A stretch of DNA of 64,000 bases from Candidatus Bathyarchaeota archaeon (lineage in GTDB: Archaea; Thermoproteota; Bathyarchaeia; Bathyarchaeales; Bathycorpusculaceae). The notes beneath the pieces were generated by a model. It searched no databases. It saw only the letters and a program-made list of their open reading frames with translations, and had not been told where the DNA came from. Below are positions 38,255 to 47,774 of this stretch, piece after piece. The stretch is taken from the NCBI GenBank assembly GCA_963733095.1, contig CAVTBV010000016.1, positions 96,001-160,000 of the forward strand. Reading direction: 5' to 3'. The translations under genes were made by a program, and so were the position numbers. Position 1 is the first letter of the stretch, and every line of letters begins with the position of its first letter.

Positions 38255-38833
38255 ATGACAGTAGCTCAAAATGTGAGAAGCCATCTGCGAAACAAACCCT
38301 ATCTACTCGAAGCCCTAGAAAAAGGAATAGTCAACCTAAGCGAGCTCTCACGACAAATCCAAAAAGAACTAAAAACCGACGACACCAGCGCCATAAAAGC
38401 CGCCCTACGCCGCTACTCAGAAGAACTGCAAAAACACAAACAGAAAAGAGAAGAAAAAGTGCTGGCACTTCTCAAACGCAGCAACATAGCTGTTTACGAC
38501 CGAAAAGCCGTCATGATAACAGGCAAAGAACTACAGACAAAGACAGGCATGAAAGTTGATTTACTGGACAAATTCGTTTACCTGCTGGACCGTAGCGATA
38601 TGCCTGAGCGAATAAGCACGCTTGTAAAACATGAAAACTGCACGATGATTGTTGTACACTCACCTGAGGAATTGGAAGCTACGCCGGGAGTTGTTGCGTT
38701 TTTAGCAACCTTACTTGCGGAACAAAATGTGAACATTGTGGAGTTCATCTCCTGCTGGACTGAGACCATTATGGTGGTTGAGAAAAAAGACAGCTTGAAA
38801 ACCTACGAGGTTTTGTCGAATCTGGTGGGCTAA
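38255..38833 (+). CDS. ACT-domain protein with N-terminal helical (putative DNA-binding) domain, probable amino-acid-responsive regulator
   Basis: GIVNLSELSRQI...AIKAALRRY N-domain; TPGVVAFLATLLAEQNVNIVEFISCWTE ACT domain. Confidence 0.75.
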   Translation: MTVAQNVRSHLRNKPYLLEALEKGIVNLSELSRQIQKELKTDDTSAIKAALRRYSEELQKHKQKREEKVLALLKRSNIAVYDRKAVMITGKELQTKTGMKVDLLDKFVYLLDRSDMPERISTLVKHENCTMIVVHSPEELEATPGVVAFLATLLAEQNVNIVEFISCWTETIMVVEKKDSLKTYEVLSNLVG

Positions 38834-38919
38834 GTTTGGCAAAAAGTTGTAGCAAAATTAATAATGTTTACTGCGGGAATAAAGCGCATTAGCCGCTTAA
38901 CCAATGGAGATGCAAATGA

Positions 38920-40170
38920 ATGGTTCATCAAGAATGCATAAACTGCAAAACAACCTACGGTATAGATGAGATTGTTTACTTCTGCAAAAAATGTGGAGAT
39001 ATTCTGGAGATAAAGTTTGACTTCAAAGAGTTATCGGAGACTCTCAAAGAAAGCGGTTGGCTAAGCAAGCCCCTTTCGGTTTGGCGTTACCGCGACTTTA
39101 TGCCAATCCATGAAGCCACAAAAATAGTCACCTTAAACGAAGGCGGTACAGGATTGCACCGTTCGGAACGGTTAGGTTCAGAGTTAGGACTCAAAAACCT
39201 CTACGTCAAAAACGAGGGTGAAAACCCCACCGGCAGCTTCAAAGACAGAGGCATGACTGTTGGCGTAACAAAAGCAGTGGAACTCGGTGCAAGACACGTT
39301 ATCTGTGCATCAACAGGTAATACATCTGCAAGCCTGGCCGCCTACGCCGCACGTGCAGGAATAAAATGCACCGTCCTCATTCCTTCAGGCAAAATTGCTT
39401 ACGGCAAACTCTCCCAAGCCATGATTCACGGTGCTAAAGTCCTCCAAGTCAAAGGAAACTTTGATGAAGCTTTAGAGTTCGTGCTAAAGCTTGCCGAGAA
39501 ACATAAGAGCATTTACCTGTTGAACTCAATTAATCCGTTCCGTATTGAAGGACAAAAGTCTCTCGGCTTCGAAATCTGCGAGCAACTAAACAACGATGCG
39601 CCAGATCGCATAATAGTCCCAGTTGGCAACGCAGGAAACATAAGTGCCATCTGGAAAGGTCTAAGCGAATTCTACCGGCTTGGCTATATAAAAAATTTGC
39701 CCAAAATGACGGGAATACAAGCCGCAGGTTCTTCACCGATTGCCCAGATGATTAAAACTAACAGCGACAAAATCATCCCTGTAGAGCATCCTGAAACGGT
39801 GGCAACAGCGATCCGTATTGGTGCGCCTGTAAGCTGGAAAAAAGCCGTTAACGCCATCCACGAATCACACGGAACCGCCGAAACCGTTACAGACGACGAA
39901 ATCTTGGATGCTCAAAAAATCCTTGCCCGAATCGAAGGAATATTTGTTGAGCCCGCAAGTGCTTCATCCATCGCTGGCTTAAAGAAACTGGTCCAAAATG
40001 GCGTGATTAGCAAGGATGAGCGGGTTGTCTGTGTTACTACGGGTCATGGGCTCAAAGACCCCGATACTGCAGTTAAGATGAGTGAGAAGCCAGTTGAGGT
40101 TGACGCAAATATTTCAGCCATTGAAGATGCATTGGGCTTATCGAAACAAAAAGTGATTCTTGCACGGTGA
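38920..40170 (+). CDS. thrC: Threonine synthase
   Basis: N-terminal CxxC...CxxC, NPTGSFKDRG, ASTGNT, PVGNAGN, TGHGLKD. Confidence 0.96.
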   Translation: MVHQECINCKTTYGIDEIVYFCKKCGDILEIKFDFKELSETLKESGWLSKPLSVWRYRDFMPIHEATKIVTLNEGGTGLHRSERLGSELGLKNLYVKNEGENPTGSFKDRGMTVGVTKAVELGARHVICASTGNTSASLAAYAARAGIKCTVLIPSGKIAYGKLSQAMIHGAKVLQVKGNFDEALEFVLKLAEKHKSIYLLNSINPFRIEGQKSLGFEICEQLNNDAPDRIIVPVGNAGNISAIWKGLSEFYRLGYIKNLPKMTGIQAAGSSPIAQMIKTNSDKIIPVEHPETVATAIRIGAPVSWKKAVNAIHESHGTAETVTDDEILDAQKILARIEGIFVEPASASSIAGLKKLVQNGVISKDERVVCVTTGHGLKDPDTAVKMSEKPVEVDANISAIEDALGLSKQKVILAR

Positions 40171-40176
40171 TATGAA

Positions 40177-41205
40177 ATGAGGATTATTTTAGTTGGCTAC
40201 GGCGTAGTCGGAAAAGGCGTAACCACCATTCTGACCCACCGATCCGTAGAAAAAGTCAAGGATTACGGGTTTAACCCAAAGATTGTTGCAATCGCAGACA
40301 TAGACGGCGCAGTAATTAACCCTCGAGGTTTAAGCCCTGAGAAACTGGAAGCAATTAAACAGCGCGGGTATCCAATTTCTTCAGACCCCGATTTTGGGCA
40401 AAAAGGAATCTCTGCGTTAGACGTAATTGAGTCGGTTGAAGCAGAAGTGGTCGTTGAAGTCACCCCCGTCAACATCAAGAACGGTGAACCAGCCCTATCA
40501 CACATAACTAAAGCGTTCAAAACGGGCAAACATGTCGTAACAACCAACAAGGGACCATTAGCCCTAGCCATGCCAGCCCTCACAGAACTCGCTGAGTACA
40601 ACAATGTTTACTTGCGGTTCAGCGGCACAGTCGGTGGCGGAACGCCCATGCTTGAATTCGCCAAAAGATGCCTCGCAGGAGATAAAATTCTTGCGATACG
40701 CGGCATACTAAACGGCACAACTAACTATATCCTAACGGAGATGACTCAAAACCGAGTGAATTTCCAAGATGCCCTCGCAAACGCGCAGAAGCTCGGTTAC
40801 GCCGAGAGGGAACCATCTATGGATATTGATGGGTTTGATACTGCCTGCAAAGTTGTCATTTTGTCAAACTGGATAATGAACAAAAAAATAACCCTAAAAG
40901 ATGTAGATCGAACAGGAATCCGCGACGTGGCTTTGCAAGCTCTTGATGAAGCTTCAAAGAGAGGCAACACAATCAAACTCATCGGCGCGATCGACGACGA
41001 TAAAGTATCAGTGAAGCCGACGGAAATCCCCAAAAACAACCCTCTATGTGTCAGCGGAGTACTAAACGCCATAACTTTCTCAACCGAATATGCGGGAGAA
41101 CAAACACTTATCGGCAGAGGTGCAGGCGGCGTTGAGACTGCCAGTGCAGTTTTAAGGGACCTTTTAGATATAAGACGTAAACTAGCAACCAAACTACTAA
41201 ACTAA
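40177..41205 (+). CDS. hom: Homoserine dehydrogenase
   Basis: GYGVVG, TNKGP, GILNGTTNYIL, D.DG.D.A.K, GRGAGG.ETASA. Confidence 0.95.
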   Translation: MRIILVGYGVVGKGVTTILTHRSVEKVKDYGFNPKIVAIADIDGAVINPRGLSPEKLEAIKQRGYPISSDPDFGQKGISALDVIESVEAEVVVEVTPVNIKNGEPALSHITKAFKTGKHVVTTNKGPLALAMPALTELAEYNNVYLRFSGTVGGGTPMLEFAKRCLAGDKILAIRGILNGTTNYILTEMTQNRVNFQDALANAQKLGYAEREPSMDIDGFDTACKVVILSNWIMNKKITLKDVDRTGIRDVALQALDEASKRGNTIKLIGAIDDDKVSVKPTEIPKNNPLCVSGVLNAITFSTEYAGEQTLIGRGAGGVETASAVLRDLLDIRRKLATKLLN

Positions 41206-41220
41206 AAAAGGCTGAATAAA

Positions 41221-42633
41221 ATGAAAAAGATAGTGATGAAGTTCGGAGGAACCAGCGTTGGCACCGGCGAAAACATACGTCATGTAGCTGACCTTGTTTC
41301 ACAATACATCAATGACGATTGCAGAGTTGCCGTTGTTGTTTCAGCGTTGGCAGGCGTTACTAACAACTTGATCGAGGTTGCTTGCCAAGCAAAGAAAAGC
41401 GACGAAAAAAACATCGAAACCTTCACAAAAACACTACTCCAAAAGCATCAAGAAGCAATCTCAACCGCCATAAGGAATAAACAAATTCAAAAAGAAGTCG
41501 CCCAAATCACCGAAAAAACAATTTCTGAACTAGAAAAAGTACTAACAGGCATATGCTACGTCGGTGAACTTACACCAAAATCCAAAGACTACGTCTCCTC
41601 TTTTGGAGAACGCTTATCTGCACCGATCGTTTGGGGCGCCATAAAAGATCACAAACTTGAATCCCAGTGTTTAACAGGTAAAGAAGCAGGCATCGTTACG
41701 GATTCAAACTTTGGCGAAGCCAACCCACTAATGAACTTCACCACCCACCTGATCCGCGAACGAGTCATCCCTCTTCTAGAGAAGGGGACGATTCCAGTGA
41801 TCACAGGTTTCATTGCAGCCAACCAAGATGGCGTCGTCACCACTGTTGGACGCGGAGGCTCAGATTACACTGCAACCATCGTTGGCGTGGCAGTTCAAGC
41901 TGATGAAGTTTGGATATGGACAGACGTCGACGGTATAATGACCACGGACCCCAAAATTGTCCCATCCGCCCGAATGCTGCCTCAGCTTAGTTATCAAGAA
42001 GCTGCGGAAATGGCAATTTTCGGCGCAAAAGCCATGCACCCACGCGCACTCGGACCGGTAATAAAAGAAAACATCCCTGTCAGGATACGCAGCGTTTTCC
42101 ACCCAGAAAACCCAGGCACCCTGATAACCAAGGAACCTAACGCCAAAGTAAAAGAAGCAGTCAAAGCAGTTGCCATGATAAAGGACGTTGCCATGCTCAA
42201 CGTTAACGGCGCAGCAATGGTGGGAGCTCCAGGAAGCTACGCCAAAGTATTCGATGTCCTTGGCAAGAACAACATAAACGTCATGATGATTTCCACTGCG
42301 GTTTCAGAAGCCAACATCTCCATGATAATCAAGCGGGGACTCTTAGGAAGGGCAATCAGCAACCTCGAAATCGCCCTGCTTGAACGAGGCGGAGTTGTAA
42401 GCGAAATTTCAGCCGAAGACGACGTTGCGGTAATCGCAGTTATGGGCGCCAACATGAAAGGCACACTTGGTGTAGCATCAAGAATCTTTAACACAGTCGC
42501 CAAGAAAGGAATCAACATCCGCATGATTGCACAAGGCAGCTCTGAGCTAAACATATCGTTTGTCGTCAAAGAGAAGGACGGAGTAGCCGTCGTCCGAGCG
42601 ATGCATGAAGAGTTCAAATTAGACAAAAACTAA
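41221..42633 (+). CDS. lysC: Aspartate kinase with two ACT domains
   Basis: KFGGTSV, GRGGSDYTA, DVDG.MT.DP, FGAKAMHP, QGSSE. Confidence 0.95.
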   Translation: MKKIVMKFGGTSVGTGENIRHVADLVSQYINDDCRVAVVVSALAGVTNNLIEVACQAKKSDEKNIETFTKTLLQKHQEAISTAIRNKQIQKEVAQITEKTISELEKVLTGICYVGELTPKSKDYVSSFGERLSAPIVWGAIKDHKLESQCLTGKEAGIVTDSNFGEANPLMNFTTHLIRERVIPLLEKGTIPVITGFIAANQDGVVTTVGRGGSDYTATIVGVAVQADEVWIWTDVDGIMTTDPKIVPSARMLPQLSYQEAAEMAIFGAKAMHPRALGPVIKENIPVRIRSVFHPENPGTLITKEPNAKVKEAVKAVAMIKDVAMLNVNGAAMVGAPGSYAKVFDVLGKNNINVMMISTAVSEANISMIIKRGLLGRAISNLEIALLERGGVVSEISAEDDVAVIAVMGANMKGTLGVASRIFNTVAKKGINIRMIAQGSSELNISFVVKEKDGVAVVRAMHEEFKLDKN

Positions 42634-42714
42634 TTCTCTCGCTAATTTTTTCCATTCTTATTAAGATTAATTAATTATTACGTTCTAACAGAGTAATCAG
42701 AGATAAGGGATTCT

Positions 42715-43032
42715 ATGGAAACAAGATCTAAAAAATTTTATTTCCAAGAAATGGATTGGATAATCAGCTTTCCAGCCGCGGGAAATGAAGGAAGAAAATA
42801 CCTTTTCTACGCCGTGCACTTTATCGACAAAAGAAATAAGCGGAGCAACCTCCACGCAGTTCTAGCGGATATTGTGGATAGCCCAATGTTTGAAAATGGA
42901 TATCCCTACACCGTCGGTTTCTTTAGAGACCCCATCGACGAAGAAGGCAATTTTGAAGCGCGCTACCTAGAACTAAGAATTATTAGGTGTATCGAGGATT
43001 TCTGGAAGTTCCTAAACGACTTGAACATCTAA
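42715..43032 (+). CDS. Hypothetical protein
   Basis: 105-aa ORF with GGGGA SD, filling the gap between lysC and the convergent gene; no motif recognised. Confidence 0.65.
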   Translation: METRSKKFYFQEMDWIISFPAAGNEGRKYLFYAVHFIDKRNKRSNLHAVLADIVDSPMFENGYPYTVGFFRDPIDEEGNFEARYLELRIIRCIEDFWKFLNDLNI

Positions 43033-45677
43033 GGAACCAAAGTCAAAGACATAAAAATAGAATATTCATCTTCCGATTTAGCTGTGAAGCCTTTGTTACC
43101 GCATAAATTAAGCATCTTTTTATTTTCAGGACTAACATCGCTGTAAATCGATTCTAATTTCAGGTCCTTCCCAATGTCTAAGATATAGTCCATAAGTTTT
43201 GAGCCCAACCCTAACCCATGCCACGAATCACTCACCATAACAGCGAATTCACCCTTTTTTCTTTCAGCATCAAAAATCAACCTCACAACCCCAATAAGAC
43301 TCCGGTCATCGAGCTCGGCGACTATAGCGATTTCTCGGTCATAATCGAGATTGCAGTACCTAGACAAAGTATCATGCGACATTTCCTTTATGGTTTCAAA
43401 AAACCTGAATCGCACACTCTGCACAGATAAGGATTTGAAGAGGGCATCGAATCTCTTTTCGTCCTCAGGCTTTATTGGTCGAAGTGTCACTTTCACGCCG
43501 TTTTTTAGAGTTCGCTTTGTAACGTATTTTTTGGGGTAGGGTGCAATAACCAAGTTTTCGGGGTGTTCAGCTCCTGGGCGTAAAAACCTCTGCAAATCAA
43601 TAGCGATTTGCGCATCAACTACACATGCCTTGCTGTCCTTAATGATTATGGGGTTTATGTCAATCTTTCGTATCTCAGGAAAATCAACAACAAGCTGAGA
43701 GAACCTAATCATGATTTCTTCAATTGATCCAGTTTCAAGCTGATTAGCGCACGCGTCTTTGCAATACTGCAGCGCTTTAGTGTTTTCCATAATTTGGCGA
43801 GCAAGAACCTGATTTAGCGGCGGAAAACCAACGCTCAGTTCCCTGTCTTTTTCGACTAAAGCGCCTCCTGTTCCCAAACTTATAATTGAACCAAACTGAG
43901 GGTCTTTTCTTGATCCTAAAAATAGTCTGCATGGGGCGTGTAGAATTTTTGGTTGGATTGCAACTCCTTGGAATTCCGTTGTTTGCTCGCTCTCATCGAA
44001 TAACTGTTGGAAGTGGAAGCTGAGTTGGGCAGGAGAAAAAACATCGTAGACAAGGCTTTGAGTTTCGTTTTTAACGCTATATTGTGAATTTAGGGTTTTC
44101 ATAACTATTGGGTAACCGAGTTGGGAAGCGAAAGCGGTTGATTCTTCGGCGGTTTTAGCGATTAGCGTTTTTACGGTAGGTATCTTGTAGGCTGCCAAGA
44201 ATTGGAGAGACTCAGTTAAGTTTAGAGTCTCTCTACCCTCGCTGAATGCATGCCTCAAAATCCCCTTAAGATAGGTTGGTGAGGTCTGGTCTACAGGAAT
44301 TTCTTCGGGAGTTTGGTAGAGCAACTCTAAGTTTTGTGTGCGGGTGTAAATGTTCATGAATGTTCTGACGGCTTCCTGAGGGGTTCGGAAGGCTGGAACA
44401 CCGTTTCTATGCAGAGTTCTTCTTGCTTCTTGGCATTTGGGGTCTTCGCCCATAAGGCAAACGAAGATGTTTTTTCGTGTTTGCTTGGCAGAATCTATGA
44501 CTATATTGGCTAAGCTGAGCGGGTCGGTTATTCCTGTTGGAGCATAAATTACAAGAAGGTTGCTGTTTGAGTTATCGTCTATACAGGTTTGTAGTACCTT
44601 TTGATATCTTTCAGGAGGGGCTTCCTCTAAAAGGTCGATTGGATTTGTTAAGTCGCAGTAGTAGGGTAGAATGCTTCTCAGGGCTTGGGAAGTCGAATCA
44701 TTTATTTCTGCGAGCTTGCCGCCCCGCCTGTTTATCTGGTCTAAAGCCATCAAAGCTGGGCCACCCGCGTTTGTTATGATGATTAAGTCGGGAACAGTTG
44801 GGCTTGACTGCATCGATAGAGTCTTGGCGCAGTCAAAAAGACCGTTAATCGTCTCAACCCGAACGATACCGCATCTCCGAAACGCCGCATCATGCAGGGC
44901 TTCGTTTAGTTGACTCGTGTCCGAGATTGCAAGATGCCGATTTTCATCTGTCTGGTTAGGTTTTACAATGATTATGGGTTTTGTTTTTGCATAGCCCCTT
45001 GCTGCACTCATGAAACTTCTTGCATTCTTTATCGACTCAACGTAGAGCATTATGATTCGTGTTTGAGGGTCATTTCCAAAATATTCGATTAAATCGCTAA
45101 AGTTAATATCAATCGTCGAGCCAGTTGAGACAATAGCGCTGAGTCCAACTTGAGTTTCCAAGGACCAATCCAATGCTGAACCGCAAAAAGCTCCGCTCTG
45201 GGATATGAAAGCAATTTTTCCGGGGCACGCTTTCTTTTCTGCAAAGGTTGCGTACAGATTTGAATTTGGTCGTATGATGCCAAAGCTGTTTGGCCCTATT
45301 ATTCTCATGCCATAGGTGCGTTTACAATCTAAAATTCTCCGTGTAAGTTCCAGACCGTTTGTACTGCATTCATCAAAACCAGCAGAAACAATAACCGTAT
45401 TCAAAACGCCAGTTCTGGCACATTCCTCAACAAGTTGAGGAACGGTGTGGGCTGGAGTTGCTATGATTGCAAGATCTACTTTTGATGGCACACGGTCTAT
45501 GCTTGGATAGGCAACGAGTCCTTGGACGGTTTGCCTAAAAGAATTGACTGGAAAAATTTTCCCCCAATATGTCCCGATTAAGTTGCGGAGTATTCGGGTT
45601 CCTAAGGAATCAACCCGTTCACTTGCCCCAATAACAGCGATTGCTTGGGGACTGAAAAACCCTTTAAGATTTCCTAT
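43029..45677 (-). CDS. Pat-type fusion: acyl-CoA synthetase (NDP-forming)-like domains + C-terminal GNAT acetyltransferase
   Basis: AIAVIGAS (upstream extension of frame), GPNSFG, SQSGA, TNAGG, NPIDL, DINP, and GNAT WHGLGLGSKLM. Probable ATA start at 45677; track start at 45491. Confidence 0.88.
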   Translation of the reverse strand: MGNLKGFFSPQAIAVIGASERVDSLGTRILRNLIGTYWGKIFPVNSFRQTVQGLVAYPSIDRVPSKVDLAIIATPAHTVPQLVEECARTGVLNTVIVSAGFDECSTNGLELTRRILDCKRTYGMRIIGPNSFGIIRPNSNLYATFAEKKACPGKIAFISQSGAFCGSALDWSLETQVGLSAIVSTGSTIDINFSDLIEYFGNDPQTRIIMLYVESIKNARSFMSAARGYAKTKPIIIVKPNQTDENRHLAISDTSQLNEALHDAAFRRCGIVRVETINGLFDCAKTLSMQSSPTVPDLIIITNAGGPALMALDQINRRGGKLAEINDSTSQALRSILPYYCDLTNPIDLLEEAPPERYQKVLQTCIDDNSNSNLLVIYAPTGITDPLSLANIVIDSAKQTRKNIFVCLMGEDPKCQEARRTLHRNGVPAFRTPQEAVRTFMNIYTRTQNLELLYQTPEEIPVDQTSPTYLKGILRHAFSEGRETLNLTESLQFLAAYKIPTVKTLIAKTAEESTAFASQLGYPIVMKTLNSQYSVKNETQSLVYDVFSPAQLSFHFQQLFDESEQTTEFQGVAIQPKILHAPCRLFLGSRKDPQFGSIISLGTGGALVEKDRELSVGFPPLNQVLARQIMENTKALQYCKDACANQLETGSIEEIMIRFSQLVVDFPEIRKIDINPIIIKDSKACVVDAQIAIDLQRFLRPGAEHPENLVIAPYPKKYVTKRTLKNGVKVTLRPIKPEDEKRFDALFKSLSVQSVRFRFFETIKEMSHDTLSRYCNLDYDREIAIVAELDDRSLIGVVRLIFDAERKKGEFAVMVSDSWHGLGLGSKLMDYILDIGKDLKLESIYSDVSPENKKMLNLCGNKGFTAKSEDEYSIFMSLTLVP

Positions 45678-45726
45678 AAACCATCGCTCCCCGTAATTTA
45701 GTGAGTGGGATTTCGGGAAATAAGGT

Positions 45727-47040
45727 TTAGGTTAAATCGATTTTTACCACGTGTGTGGAGCAGGATATGCAGGGGTCGTAGGCGCGAACTAACATTTCTA
45801 GGGTGAGTTCGATTTCTTTTTGCGTTTTGTTGAGAACTTGAGGTAGCAGTGCTTTCATGTCCAGTGAAATGTTGCCGTGGTTTTGATTGGTTGGGATTAC
45901 ACAATTGCCTTTGGTGCAAACTCCCTTGTCGTTGTAGGTGTAATCGTGGAACAGGATTCCTCTGGGTACTTCGACTGCTCCAACGCCGCTTCCTGCCTTC
46001 ACTTTTATGGTTGGATTGTTGTAGTCTGGTTGTGTTTTAAGTCCCGCGGCTTCAAGCTCATTGATTAGGCGTATAGAGTCTTCGACGCTGTGAACCGTTT
46101 CAACCAACTGGGCAATACTATTCATGAACGGATTATAGCACAGGGGTTTGACGTCAAACATTTCTGCGACTGTTTGAGCTAGGGGTGAGAGTTTCTTGTA
46201 GTTGATGTTTAACCTAGCTAAAGCCCCCACCATGTAGGAGTCACGGGTATGCTTTGCCCATTTAGCTGTAGAGTGGGGAACGACGTATTCGTTTGTGTAT
46301 GCGAGATATTCATTGGTTGGAGCTGCACCCGTGTCAGTTGAAGCGATATCACCGTCGTAAAGTGCGTATTCATTTGGGTTTGTTAGCGCGATGAATTCTG
46401 TTTCTCTCTCAAAACTTGGGAAGTTGTCTGCTAAACTCTTAAACAGTCCAGCGACGGCTTGAAGGTTCGGAACAGCATCCTGCAGCTTTTGCCTCATAGC
46501 TACCAGTTCCCTCATTGAGGGAATTTTTGAGAAACCACCGGGGATTAGTCGCTGCGGATGAGTGGTTCTACCGCCGAGCAACTTTGACATTTCGTTTGCA
46601 GTTCGGTGAAGCTGGAGAACAATTTTTACTTCTGGCAAGTTTGTTGATGCAAGGGGAATAACTGAACCAACGCCCATTAAATCGGGAAGAACCAGAAAGC
46701 CCAGATGTAAAATGTGGCTCTGCATGTTCTCGGCGTGTAGAGCTAATTTTCGGAGTTTTAGGTCCTGTTCACTTATAGGTATGCCAAGAGCGGATTCAGT
46801 TGCTTTCAACGATGCAAGAGTGTGGCCGATGGAGCAGATACCGCAAATACGCGAAGTAATGTGGTGCAACTCATTCCAAGACCTTCCCACAACCATGGCT
46901 TCGAAGAAACGTGGCGCTTCAGGGATGCTCCATTCACATTTTTCTATCGCGCCATCTCTTATGGATACGTTGATGTTTCCGTGTCCTTCAACTCGTGTTA
47001 TGTGATGGACATTTACGTCTACATTTTTAGTTTCACTCAT
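45727..47040 (-). CDS. hydA: Group 3b [NiFe] hydrogenase large (alpha) subunit
   Basis: TRVEGHG, RICGIC, EVPRG.L.H, DPCISCSTH plus short C-terminal extension. Confidence 0.93.
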   Translation of the reverse strand: MSETKNVDVNVHHITRVEGHGNINVSIRDGAIEKCEWSIPEAPRFFEAMVVGRSWNELHHITSRICGICSIGHTLASLKATESALGIPISEQDLKLRKLALHAENMQSHILHLGFLVLPDLMGVGSVIPLASTNLPEVKIVLQLHRTANEMSKLLGGRTTHPQRLIPGGFSKIPSMRELVAMRQKLQDAVPNLQAVAGLFKSLADNFPSFERETEFIALTNPNEYALYDGDIASTDTGAAPTNEYLAYTNEYVVPHSTAKWAKHTRDSYMVGALARLNINYKKLSPLAQTVAEMFDVKPLCYNPFMNSIAQLVETVHSVEDSIRLINELEAAGLKTQPDYNNPTIKVKAGSGVGAVEVPRGILFHDYTYNDKGVCTKGNCVIPTNQNHGNISLDMKALLPQVLNKTQKEIELTLEMLVRAYDPCISCSTHVVKIDLT

Positions 47041-47774
47041 CTTTTTGCCTCCTGCCAACCAAAATAAAGCCTAAACTTAGCTATAGCATCATCAACTGTT
47101 TGACCGTACTTTATGAGAACTTCTTTTTGGGAATTCTCGTTTGGATTATCGACTAACCCGCGGCAGCCCCAACAAATTGTTCCCTCGTTAACGCAACATG
47201 AGTTGCAACCAGCCCTAGTAACTGTTCCAACGCAGTATTGACCACGTTCGAAAGCACAGACGTTTTCATTTTTTTTGCATTCAACACAGACGGGATAGGT
47301 GGGTGTTTCAGGCTTCTTTCCCATTAGTAGCGATTTGACCACTTGCAAGAAATCTTCTCTATCAATTGGGCATCCATATACGTATGCATCAACGGGGATT
47401 ACTGCGTCGATGGGTCTTGCGGCGTAGGAGTCAAAAAGTCGTGCGTTTTCTCCATAAACCGTTTTTTTAACTGCATCTAAATCCTTGTAGTTTCTCAAAG
47501 AGTTGATGCCACCAATTGCAGCACAAGACCCGATTGCCACCACGATTTTGGCGTTTTTCCGTATTTGCTTTAGCCTGTCTTCATCTTGCAATCTGGTACA
47601 TGACCCTTCTACGAACGCGATAGCGTAGTCGTCACTTTGTTCCTTCATGACTTCTCTAAAGGTCACAACTTCCACTTGACCCAAAAGAGCCAGAAGGTCT
47701 TCTTCGAGGTTTGCAACTTGGAGCTGATCTCCTTCGCAACCTGCAAAATCAAAGAATGCAACTTTAGGTTTCAT
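47037..47774 (-). CDS. hydD: Group 3b hydrogenase small (delta) subunit
   Basis: CEGD, VEGS, GSCA..GG, GCP, VC.EC, C.GCRG. Confidence 0.9.
   Translation of the reverse strand: MKPKVAFFDFAGCEGDQLQVANLEEDLLALLGQVEVVTFREVMKEQSDDYAIAFVEGSCTRLQDEDRLKQIRKNAKIVVAIGSCAAIGGINSLRNYKDLDAVKKTVYGENARLFDSYAARPIDAVIPVDAYVYGCPIDREDFLQVVKSLLMGKKPETPTYPVCVECKKNENVCAFERGQYCVGTVTRAGCNSCCVNEGTICWGCRGLVDNPNENSQKEVLIKYGQTVDDAIAKFRLYFGWQEAKR

Noticed and set aside
38834-38919. Thr/Ile leader peptide upstream of thrC
   Set aside because: Short ORFs here show no Thr/Ile codon run and no clear hairpin.
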